This document shows positions 33,381 to 42,822 of a DNA stretch of 64,000 nucleotides, piece after piece (positions within the stretch are counted from its first letter, which is position 1; each line of letters opens with the position of its first letter). The translations under genes and the position numbers were made by a program. The DNA comes from Barthelona sp. PCE. Lineage: Eukaryota. The stretch is taken from assembly GCA_040285745.1 (NCBI GenBank), contig JAUFOR010000002.1, forward strand, positions 868,001 to 932,000, read 5' to 3'. The notes under the pieces were generated by a model. The model saw only the letters and a program-made list of their open reading frames with translations. It searched no databases and had not been told where the DNA came from.

Positions 33381-34924
33381 TCCAATCTTTAAACTTAAGA
33401 AAGAGAGAAAAGAAAAGAAAGTGTCAATATGAGACATTAAGTGCCATTGCGAAATCTGCTGACACTGTTTTGGTCTATTTCAACTTAAAAAGGAGCCTTA
33501 ATATGACAATGGACCCTCAAGAGAAATACTTTGAAAACCAGGTCCCTGAGCCTTTTTTCACAATTACTTCTTCAATGAATGTGTTGGCTGTAAGAATTCC
33601 TTTGGTATCCCATACAAAGTGGCTAATACTGTACAATTTTGGATATCAAATACTAGTACAGATTTACACAGCTTTTTTGATGAGGCCATATGAGTGTTTT
33701 GCCTTTAGACTTACTGCTTGTGGTCGTAAGACTATAGAGGAGAGTTCAATTTTTCGTTTGCTCGAGTTCGTTTTTGCTGAATAGATTTTCTCCTCTTGGT
33801 TTTCTGTGGGATTACTAGAATAGCACATAAACTGTGGTGAAATTTAATACTGTTGGTGAAGTTGATGAAATTATTGCGGTATTAACTATCGATAATTTGA
33901 GGGAAAACAGCATCTAACTTCTTGTTAAATACATGTGGTGATGTGCCATGATTTGAAGGATAGTTTTGCTTTGACTTTTGTTTTATCCCTTATTTGAAAT
34001 CAAAAACATGTTAAGAATCAGTTGTTAATGATTTTTTTGATGATGCTTTAGTAACAACAGTTTGGTAAATGAAGTTCACCCAAAGCAAAACGATGAAGCT
34101 CACTCCTGATTATTAGGTCTGATAGGTGAGTAGTAGCCGAAATTTCAAGTTCAACGCGGTAATTAAATAAAATGGTTACTTTACTATAAAAGGTTTTTTG
34201 CACTAGTCTTGAGAACGTTTGTGGATCATTTGTTTTCGTTTCTTAATGTTTAATTTATTCTGCTAACTACACTCTTTTATACTATCTTTATTCTTTCATC
34301 ACAAACTTCTTTCTACTGTTCTTTTTCCAAAGAATCAAGCCAATCAAACATACTATGTTCTTAAACCATGTACAGCATAGAACACAATGGAAGTACAAAT
34401 GTTCACACAAAAAGTATCATCAATCATTTTTATGTTACTGCTTTTCTTATTCTTTTTAATGCCAAAACACGACATGCCATATACTCATGATTGTGAAAAT
34501 GTTGAAAAAACAGTTAATAGCACAAACTATAAAATTATTTCAAAAATAATAAATCTCGATATATTCAATAGATGATGTTTTGACAGTTATACATTATCCA
34601 TTGATCCTTAACTCAATGAGCTAATGTAATTTTTAAAGAAGCTAAGCAAACCATTCTTCACAAACCATATGAATTTGTTGAACTTAAGTATAAGAAAATT
34701 TCCATCAAATATGCAGAGAATGGAATAGAACGTATGCGGGTGTATTTCAGATAAAAAAAAGAAGATTATGACTTCACAAGGGCTGAGTTCTCTCGGATAC
34801 ATGCATGTTTACTGACAGATATCTAGTTGGATGGCGTGAATAAGTTCCTAAGATCGAGGTCGGATATAAAAAAAGATTCACTCTGTCAACTCCATCATTC
34901 AACACAAAAAAAAAACGACAAAAA

Positions 34925-34995
34925 TACGCAGACCGGGAATCGAACCCGGGATCTCAGCTTGGAAGGCTATATTGATACCATTTCAACATCCGCGT
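34925..34995 (-). tRNA. tRNA-Gly(TCC)
   Basis: ACGCGGA/TCTGCGT acceptor, TTGA/TCAA D stem, loop CT-TCC-AA, CCGGG-TTCGATT-CCCGG T arm, followed by TTTT. Confidence 0.88.
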
Positions 34996-35074
34996 TATCG
35001 GAAATTGTTTGTCTAAAATATACATTCTCAATTTAAAGAATGTCTGTGAAGATCAAGCTTCAAAACGTAAATTA

Positions 35075-35146
35075 TGTCAACACCGAGAATCGAACTCGGA
35101 TTGCTGCCTCCACAGGGCAGTATAATAACCATTATATGATGTTGAC
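35075..35146 (-). tRNA. tRNA-His(GTG)
   Basis: GTCAACA/TGTTGAC acceptor, CTGCC-CT-GTG-GA-GGCAG anticodon arm, CCGAG-TTCGATT-CTCGG T arm, A73. Confidence 0.9.
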
Positions 35147-35232
35147 CACGAAATTACGGAAATAACCAACAGTATATAATTACATTAGAAATTATATTGA
35201 TCTTGAATTTCCTCCGTTCAAAAATGAATTTA

Positions 35233-35305
35233 TAACCAATAGAAGACTTGAACTCCTGACCTCTCGGTTCGTAGCCGAACGCTCTTCCAACTGAGCTAAT
35301 TGGTT
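35233..35305 (-). tRNA. tRNA-Arg(ACG)
   Basis: AACCAAT/ATTGGTT acceptor, GCTC/GAGC D stem, TTCGG-CT-ACG-AA-CCGAG, AGGAG-TTCAAGT-CTTCT. Confidence 0.92.
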
Positions 35306-35391
35306 GTGTTAGATTCGGAAATCAGCTATTCAAAATATTAAATATATGTATATATTAAAAACTTTTGGAATGATTCACATTCTTTAAAAAT

Positions 35392-35437
35392 TACCTTACC
35401 AAGAATCGAACTCGCGATCCTCAACTCTAACCGCTCT
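35392..35437 (-). pseudogene. tRNA-like 3' remnant (B-box/T arm only)
   Basis: GGATC-GCGAG-TTCGATT-CTTGG-TAAGGTA in the same orientation as the tRNA cluster; no matching 5' acceptor strand. Confidence 0.4.
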
Positions 35438-36221
35438 TTTTGCCTGCATAATTTTTAAAAGTTATAATTTTTAAGATAGGAGCTTTAAATAAAGATTAAT
35501 ATATATAAAATAAAGTATTACACATATTTACATATATAAATAGTCAAAAATAGTATTGTAGCGCTGAATTGTAAGTTTTCCTTAAAGTTAGACATTTGTT
35601 CGGGAGGTGTGAGCTCCTTTAAGTACTATGTTTGTACTGATAATTGTACTAAAGCCCTTTTTTAAAAGAAAAGGGAAGATAAAAAAATGAAGTGAGTACT
35701 CAAGTATTATTCGAGGAAGAATCGCGTGCACTATCCTCAGGCAAATTTACTCTTACGAAATAACATGTTGCTCACAAATGTGCCCCAAAATTAATAATAT
35801 TAGTGTACTTTTCAAGATTCCTAGCTAGAATACGTTTGTAAAGTTTGCATGTTTCCGTATTGAAATCATACTGTGATTTAGGCATAATTTAGAGGCTGGA
35901 CGATTCATGCAACAATCAATATGTGATTGTTATAGGTGAAAAAAAGATTCTCTATTGAGTTTTTTTATAAGACAGGCGGAAAAGACAACATGTGATGTTG
36001 CAGTAAAGTTTTTGGTTAATATATGGAGTAACGTACCAATTTAAATAGGCAATTTGAAGAATTAGCTCAACATTGAGGATTTTATACACTTTTTTTGTTT
36101 TACGTTTTATAACTCTTTACGACCATCTAAAGTCAACAAAGACAGTTTATCTGCTTATTTATATAGCATACAAGTTTATTTACGTTATTTTAGAACTTAT
36201 ATTTTTTTTTGTCAATTTAAT

Positions 36222-36623
36222 ATGTTTAAAACACTATTTTTACTGGTTTTGATCTATGCTGGAGTCAGTGCATCCTACCGTTGTGGTACTTGTTGTTCTT
36301 TCCGTCCGGCTTTTAGCAGTTATACTCAAATCGATATGAAATGCAAGAGTTATTGTGCAGATAACGGAGGAAGCTGTGGAAGCTATTGGTCTTGGAAGCG
36401 TGGATGTACTAGCAGACCTGCATTTTCAAGTTATGAAGTTGTTGACACTCGTTGTTTGGATTTTTGTGTTAAAGTTAATGGCGCATTGTCCTCATGCACA
36501 GGTACATACAACTCTGCAAAGCGTTCGTGCACTTCACGTCAACCGTTTTCTAGCTATTCCACAACTGACTATACATGCGTTGGTTTCAAGCTTCAGGAAG
36601 CTTTAGACAAGGCATTTGGATGA
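36222..36623 (+). CDS. Small secreted Cys-rich protein with three internal repeats
   Basis: Signal peptide; repeats C(T/S)xRPxFSSY...D..C; paralog at 58975-59391. Confidence 0.85.
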   Translation: MFKTLFLLVLIYAGVSASYRCGTCCSFRPAFSSYTQIDMKCKSYCADNGGSCGSYWSWKRGCTSRPAFSSYEVVDTRCLDFCVKVNGALSSCTGTYNSAKRSCTSRQPFSSYSTTDYTCVGFKLQEALDKAFG

Positions 36624-36647
36624 TGAATAAATTATTTCTATTACTAT

Positions 36648-37727
36648 TTATTGCTTCTCAAAATAAAATATTTTGGCATTTTTTAAAAATTCACCAAGTT
36701 GGAACTCTCGTTTTGTCATCTTTTTCGTCTCAAACAAGTATGTTCGGGAAATAAATGTATCTGACTCTGGATTATAAGAGATTGAGCACAGTTTATCCCC
36801 ACAGAGTCCATGTGGAGTGTCAACTTTAACCTGTAATTCATCAATCATATGAGAGTACATACATAACGCAAGATAATCTTTTTCAGCACGCTGCCTGATC
36901 ATAACAAAAGAATTATCAATGATAACCATGTCTTTTCCGACGAAACCAAAGTCCAGATGATTAATTTCAAGCTCAGGAATCCCGTTGTACAGTGCATTCC
37001 ACTTGCGCAGTCTCGGATGCTCCCACTCAACAGCTGCAATATAACTAGATTCAAACATCAATTTTGTTTGAATGTAAAAGTCATCAAGAGAGTAAGGTGA
37101 TGGAGCAATTCTCAAAAACATAACTTCCATTTCGACCATAAATTGTTTCTCAATCTTGGGATTCTCTGTATCTATGAGAAGAAATGTGACTGAGTTATCA
37201 CTGACCAGAATTAAACTGCGGCCACATGTGGCTGCATATATTAAATATGGAACTTCTAACTCACCCACATTGACTCCATTAATGTAGAGGATAGATGAAG
37301 GAGAACTGTCTTCAATGACATAAGTTACTCCATTTATCCAGCCACCAAGAACACTCTCAGGTTTATGAAGAATTGTTTCACTTGATTCTGAATCAATTGT
37401 TGAACATTGAATTTTTGCGGCATAAGGTGCTAAAATGGATTCAATATCTAGTTCTAATGTTAAATTTAGATTACCAGAATCATAATTAGCCTTAATAACA
37501 GGTGGATACATATCTTCATGCTTATAGACAATAATTTTCTCATTTGCAAGGTCAAAACCAACTTTTGCATCTTCTCCACTTAATAAAATAGCATTTTCTC
37601 CAATGGTCTTTCCACAAAATTCATCTTTAATTTTGAAAGTGCAAAAATCCTTAAGACTAGTCGAATCTACCATAACATCATCAAATTCGACGTTAGATAC
37701 AGTTAAGTATTCTTTGTTTGTAAACAT
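36648..37727 (-). CDS. Hypothetical protein, divergent lineage-specific family
   Basis: 359-aa ATG ORF; SPYSLDDF and QLGEFLKNA resemble motifs in ORFs at 21167 and 37847. Confidence 0.65.
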   Translation of the reverse strand: MFTNKEYLTVSNVEFDDVMVDSTSLKDFCTFKIKDEFCGKTIGENAILLSGEDAKVGFDLANEKIIVYKHEDMYPPVIKANYDSGNLNLTLELDIESILAPYAAKIQCSTIDSESSETILHKPESVLGGWINGVTYVIEDSSPSSILYINGVNVGELEVPYLIYAATCGRSLILVSDNSVTFLLIDTENPKIEKQFMVEMEVMFLRIAPSPYSLDDFYIQTKLMFESSYIAAVEWEHPRLRKWNALYNGIPELEINHLDFGFVGKDMVIIDNSFVMIRQRAEKDYLALCMYSHMIDELQVKVDTPHGLCGDKLCSISYNPESDTFISRTYLFETKKMTKREFQLGEFLKNAKIFYFEKQ

Positions 37728-37846
37728 ATGAGATAGTTAAGCTCAAACACCCCTTTATTGTTCTTTTTTTGGAAGGACACAAATATGCTCCCACAAAAAA
37801 GCTACTTCTTAAAAATTTTGTTTAATAAACAAAGTGTTTTCTCAAA

Positions 37847-39712
37847 ATGCCTCGTTTTTCATCTTTTGTTTGTGAAGATGAGACAGTAGCAGTCCCAAAC
37901 AGCCAAGGTGATGTTTTTTCAATGCTTGATATGCGAGATAAGCGTCATATTTCAATTTTTTCGAGATTGAATGGGCATTTAGCGTTTGACGGTAACTTTT
38001 TAAATTTAAGGGCTTGCACAAACAGTGATAACATGTATGCAGAAATTATACCGGAAGAATATGTGCGTATTTATTCATTCTGTGAGTCTGAGAAAGTTTT
38101 TACACTTTTAAGGGAAGAAAATCATGATTTTCGTGGGAATTATATTTATGCATATCAGTCAACTCATCTGATATGCTTTTCGAGAAGAAGAATGATATGT
38201 TTGGATTTTTCAACTTTGCAGAAAACTATTTATGAGAATGTACTTTTTAGAGAAGCTTATAAAGCTGGATCGTATTATATGCACGTGGTTAAATCCGATC
38301 AGCATTGCGTGGTAATGTTAGATGATGATAGTCAATTTCGTTTTGTGCCAGTGGAGTATCCTGAATCGCTAAAAGAAAGGATTAATGATGGAAAACTTCT
38401 CACAGTGTTCCCGCAGTATGGTGAAAAGAAACAGAGGGATGTTGCTTTTTGCGATGGAGGCTTGTATTATTTTTCAGAGATTGGTAGTCATGTTTCTCTC
38501 ATTGAGTTTGATAATATTGAACTGAAAATACGATCACGCTCAATAAGAGCATGTTTTAACAAGGCTGATAGATGGTATTTCCTCAGCGGTGAATACATTG
38601 TATCAAATCATGAAGGTAAGCTAGTTCATGATGCATCGTGTCTGCGAAGCTATCGTTTGTGGAGATTCGGTGATGATGTATATACCCAAAGAGTTAAGTG
38701 CACTTCAGTTGTTGATAAGGTGACGATGTCGCTTGAACCTTCACCAATGCTGTGGGCTCTTGGTCACAACGCTACTGTTTCCCTTTCTGATAACAACCTT
38801 GTCATAAAAGGACGGGACAGGGTTGTGTATCTTGATTGGTGTAGAAGGCGCGTTTTCTTTTTTGGAACGTCGCCTCTCGCAACCAGCACTTCTCTCATAC
38901 ACTATTCAGAGGGTTCTTTCACACAGCTATTTGAGAATTGTATATTGACGTGCGATGGAACGACAGGAATTGGAGTTCACAGTATCGAATTACCAGAAAA
39001 AATCAAGATATTCCGTCGTGTGCGTGCAAATACGAATGGGACATTGCTTGATCTTCGAAAGTGCTCATATGTGACTGGGTTGGCTGATCCTTGGAATCAA
39101 GTTTCATATGATTCTGTTTTATTGGGAAAAGTCGGGTGGCTTTTTTTCTTTGGCTTTATTTTGGGGTTTAAATTCGACAGAGGTGATATTAAAGCGATGG
39201 TTCGGATAGATGTGGGGATTAAAGCCATATATTTTCCATATATAAACCCTTATGATCCAACTGTTGGTATTTGTGCTGTATGTAACGATTCTAATCCAAT
39301 ATTTGTTGTTTTAAAGATAAATTTTAAAACAAAAAGCATTCACAGTTGTAATTTTGATACATCGTACACAGTAGGAGGCAGTATCCCGTTGTTTATTGAT
39401 GAACGTCGTATATTATGCAATGGACGACTTATATCATTTAATTTTAGTGATGCAGAGATAACATTTGAGACAAGGGACGTCGCAATTCCTTTTCCATTGG
39501 AAGACAATCCAAATTATCATTTCATAACATATGACGGTGTGATATATCGCATTTCGGCAATACTTGATGGTTTTTGCGCCGTTGGGCATCAATTATCGAT
39601 GGTAGATGGTGAAATCGATGTACAGGAGGTGTCGTGGAATATATTGGATCTTTTACGAAGTGGTTCTGTGTATAAGTATTGTGATTTCAAACAATTGAGA
39701 CTAAGTCGATAA
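37847..39712 (+). CDS. Hypothetical beta-rich protein, divergent lineage-specific family
   Basis: 621-aa ATG ORF; NPYDPTVG and NILDLLRSG motifs. Confidence 0.7.
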   Translation: MPRFSSFVCEDETVAVPNSQGDVFSMLDMRDKRHISIFSRLNGHLAFDGNFLNLRACTNSDNMYAEIIPEEYVRIYSFCESEKVFTLLREENHDFRGNYIYAYQSTHLICFSRRRMICLDFSTLQKTIYENVLFREAYKAGSYYMHVVKSDQHCVVMLDDDSQFRFVPVEYPESLKERINDGKLLTVFPQYGEKKQRDVAFCDGGLYYFSEIGSHVSLIEFDNIELKIRSRSIRACFNKADRWYFLSGEYIVSNHEGKLVHDASCLRSYRLWRFGDDVYTQRVKCTSVVDKVTMSLEPSPMLWALGHNATVSLSDNNLVIKGRDRVVYLDWCRRRVFFFGTSPLATSTSLIHYSEGSFTQLFENCILTCDGTTGIGVHSIELPEKIKIFRRVRANTNGTLLDLRKCSYVTGLADPWNQVSYDSVLLGKVGWLFFFGFILGFKFDRGDIKAMVRIDVGIKAIYFPYINPYDPTVGICAVCNDSNPIFVVLKINFKTKSIHSCNFDTSYTVGGSIPLFIDERRILCNGRLISFNFSDAEITFETRDVAIPFPLEDNPNYHFITYDGVIYRISAILDGFCAVGHQLSMVDGEIDVQEVSWNILDLLRSGSVYKYCDFKQLRLSR

Positions 39713-39738
39713 CTATTTACAATGTTAATATTCACAAA

Positions 39739-40626
39739 TTAAACAGACATGTACGTCGTTTTTGGTTGAATAGGATGATACGTTGGATAACCTGCTGGTT
39801 GTGCAGGGGGAACAGTTGAAACTGGAGGTATGTACATAGTTCTTGATGTGTTTGGTTCGACGTCACGTGATGCCTCAGTAACTCTGCGATCGTATTCACG
39901 ACCTAATCGTAAAACACGCTCTTTGCAACAGCAGCAAGCACCAAGGTATTTGCCAGGAGCAACTTTGATGCAACTGTCCCTACAGCAACAACGGATACTG
40001 AGCGCTACGACTATACTAATAGCAATAATAGCACCAAACACAACAATCAGAATTTTCCATATCGTTTCCTGTTCCTTACTAATCTGATCCTTCACAAACT
40101 CATCGATGTATGCCCCGCTGACAAAGTTCTTTAATCCCCACGGAGATTCGATGGGAGTGCGGTGGTAAACGGTGTAGTTGGCAATAGCTGTAGTTGGGAC
40201 AATGGCGTAATCGATTTTCATCTGAGATGAGTCCCTTGAGTTCCATTTGAATGATACTGAATCAATTCCATCAAATACTACGTAGAAACGATCAACACTT
40301 CCACATAATGCGGTTTGTGAAGGAAGGAAACGAATATAACTACTTTTCCCAACATTGCATTGGGTAATGCTGTATGAGTAGCTGTTTATATTTACGTTGA
40401 CATCGAAATCATAAAATCTAGCAACTACGATAGAGCTATTTGTTCTGAGATGAGAAAAATTGACTATAATTTCACTATTCACAAAAAAGTTGGCACTGTC
40501 GTATCTAATACACCCAATTTGACCGTCACCAACAATGGGAGCATCACCATTTGTTGCAACAGTACAAGAATGAACTATAGCAAGTAGAAGCAATAATAAA
40601 ACGGTTTTCTGAGGGAAAAAAATCAT
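39739..40626 (-). CDS. Type I membrane protein with Cys-rich and Pro-rich cytosolic tail
   Basis: Signal-like N-terminus from ATG 40626; TM ILIVVFGAIIAISIVVALSI; RCCCR and ACCCC clusters. Confidence 0.7.
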   Translation of the reverse strand: MIFFPQKTVLLLLLLAIVHSCTVATNGDAPIVGDGQIGCIRYDSANFFVNSEIIVNFSHLRTNSSIVVARFYDFDVNVNINSYSYSITQCNVGKSSYIRFLPSQTALCGSVDRFYVVFDGIDSVSFKWNSRDSSQMKIDYAIVPTTAIANYTVYHRTPIESPWGLKNFVSGAYIDEFVKDQISKEQETIWKILIVVFGAIIAISIVVALSIRCCCRDSCIKVAPGKYLGACCCCKERVLRLGREYDRRVTEASRDVEPNTSRTMYIPPVSTVPPAQPAGYPTYHPIQPKTTYMSV

Positions 40627-40969
40627 TTTTATCAATAACAAGCAGATTTTAAACAAAGAAAAACAAAGAATTTGGTGAATAGTTGATAAAACTATAAACT
40701 ATTGTCTTTTCACTTCCGCCAAATTTTAGGACTGCTAAACACTTTGTAAATTGCAATATTACGTATTTATGATGTCAGTATATGTGATATGAGTGAATGA
40801 GTAGTAAACCATGGAACTCAACGCACGTTGGATTCCGCACGAATCCAAGGCATGGATCAGCCTAGGTACAGAGTACGGCGCCCAGTGGACCCAGAGACAA
40901 AACAGCGAAGGCAAAACACAGCCCAACACCTCCTTTGAATTATCTTACTTTTATTCAACAAGTTTAAAA

Positions 40970-42329
40970 ATGGGCAAAGAAAAGATTCACGTTGGTGTAT
41001 GCTCGTAAAGGCCGCCTGGAGCGGTTTCTTAAGTGTAACTCTTCTAACTCCTAGCTCGTCGTCATTGGACACGTCGATGTCGGTAAATCTACCACCACTG
41101 GTCACTTGATCTACAAGTGCGGTGGTATTAACGATCGTGACCTTGCTAAGCTTGAGCAGGAAGCTGCCAACCTTGGTAAGGGTTCTTTCAAGTACGCTTT
41201 CGTTCTTGATAAGCTCCAGTCCGAGCGTGAGCGTGGTATCACAATTGATATCGCTCTTCACAAGTTCCAGACTGATAAGTTCGCTTACACCATCATTGAT
41301 GCCCCTGGTCACCGTGATTTCATTAAGAACATGATTACTGGTACTTCCCAGGCTGATATCGCTCTTCTTGTCGTTGCCGCTGGTACTGGTGAGTTCGAAG
41401 CTGGTATTTCCAAGAACGGTCAGACCCGTGAGCATGCTCTTCTTGCTTTCACCCTCGGTGTCTCCCAGATGATTGTTGCCATTAACAAGATGGACGATGG
41501 TTCTGTCAACTACGGTCAGGATCGTTACAACGAGATCAAGGATGAGGTTTCCAACTACCTTAAGCGTGTTGGTTACAAGCCCGCCAAGGTCCCCTTCATC
41601 CCTATCTCCGGTTTCAACGGTGATAACATGATCGAGAAGTCCCCTAACATGCCCTGGTACAATGGTCCCACCCTTTACCAAGCTCTTGATGCTATCACTC
41701 CCCCCAAGCGCCCTCACGATAAGCCTCTTCGTCTTCCCCTTCAGGATGTCTACAAGATTGCTGGTATCGGAACAGTGCCCGTTGGTCGTGTCGAGACTGG
41801 TACCCTCCGTCCCAACACTTCTGTTACCTTCGCCCCCGCTGGTGTCGTTGCTGACTGTAAGTCTGTTGAGATGCACCACCAGGCTGTTCCCCAGGCTGTC
41901 CCTGGTGACAACGTTGGTTTCAACATCAAGGGTGTTGCTGCTTCCGACCTCAACCGTGGTTTCGTCGCTTCCGAGACTAACAACGATCCCGCCAAGCAGG
42001 CTATTGACTTCACCGCTCAGGTCGTCGTCATGTCCCACCCTGGTGAGATCCGTCCCGGTTACACCCCCGTTATTGATTGTCACACTGCTCACATTTCTTG
42101 CCGTTTCGATGCTCTTCTCAAGAAGATCAACCGTCGTACCGGTCAAGTCGCTGCTGAGAACCCCGAGTTTGTCAAGGCTGGTGACTCCGTCATTGCCCGT
42201 CTCATTCCCGGTAAGCCTCTCTGTGTCGAGCCTTTCACCCAGTACTCCCCTCTCGGTCGTTTCGCCGTCCGTGATATGCGCCGTACCGTTGGTGTTGGTG
42301 TCATCAAGGAGGTCAACAAGGCTGCTTAA
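40970..42329 (+). CDS. EEF1A: Translation elongation factor EF-1alpha, copy 1; exons 40970-40996 and 41055-42329
   Basis: Spliced [65 protein letters not shown]. Confidence 0.97.
40997..41054 (+). other. Spliceosomal intron in EF-1alpha copy 1 (58 nt, phase 0)
   Basis: GTATGC...TCTAAC-TCC-TAG; contains an in-frame TAA; removal restores the G-domain N-terminus. Confidence 0.93.
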
Positions 42330-42398
42330 GTTGTAAAAAAGCTTGTTAATTCTTTTTTCACCCTGTTCATTCTTATTCAGTTGCAGAATTGATTAAAA

Positions 42399-42671
42399 AT
42401 GGATTTTCAACGATTGCTGAGTCCGTTGTCAGTTGATTGGGCAAAATTTTCACATGCTTCAAAAGGAAAAGTGCATAATTTATTTTTGAGACATTTTCAT
42501 GCCGGATTGATACTCAGCATTACAGATTCAGTATTCGAAAATTGTTTATATCATGAAAATCTGCCGTTGAGTAGATCTTGGTTGGGCAGACGGAAGCAAC
42601 ATATTGTCACTGGTGTTAAGAAGTTATTAAACGTACAAGAGTTTTATTTTAAGGGTCTTATTCCAAAATAG
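42399..42671 (+). CDS. Candidate divergent small Tim (Tim8/9/10/13-like) protein with one Cys
   Basis: 90 aa; LILSITDSVFENCL...KQHIVTGVKKL parallels L..L.E.CF..C...E..C...C..KF; shares W..S...K...HF with the Tim9-like ORF at 43873. Confidence 0.45.
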   Translation: MDFQRLLSPLSVDWAKFSHASKGKVHNLFLRHFHAGLILSITDSVFENCLYHENLPLSRSWLGRRKQHIVTGVKKLLNVQEFYFKGLIPK

Positions 42672-42822
42672 AATGATAGAAGATGAACATTTGTAATAAT
42701 CATTGATTTGTCCTTTTTAATAAGGTGATGACCTTGTTTTGTGGTTTAGTATCTGTTTCAGAATTAGCATCAGGCATAAAAGATAGTAAATTTGTGTTTT
42801 CAAGTTTTTCAGTTTTTTTTTT

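Larger units (their letters stand above)
40799..42330 (+). repeat. Direct duplication, copy 1 (EF-1alpha plus 171 nt upstream)
   Basis: Appears identical by eye to 46671-48203 except one extra C in copy 2; offset 5872 nt. Confidence 0.95.

Noticed and set aside
33374-34860. Short ORFs and ORF fragments in the gene-poor stretch (33374-33784, 34387-34575, 34608-34802)
   Set aside because: No recognisable motifs and frequent stops; may hide decayed pseudogenes but I cannot support a call
35560-35900. Possible ncRNA after a TATA-rich tract (small GGAG/CTCC hairpin)
   Set aside because: No recognisable SRP, RNase P/MRP, snRNA or snoRNA motifs; needs an Infernal search
40857-42336. Long antisense and alternative-frame ORFs over EF-1alpha (also 46729-48212)
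   Set aside because: By-product of strong codon bias in a highly expressed gene
42725-42796. U2-like 11-mer TAGTATCTGTT (42747-42757), box C-like GTGATGA and Sm-like AATTTGTG
   Set aside because: No U2 stem I, U6-pairing GATC or stem IIa; no box D CTGA downstream; more likely a 3' UTR ending at AGTAAA
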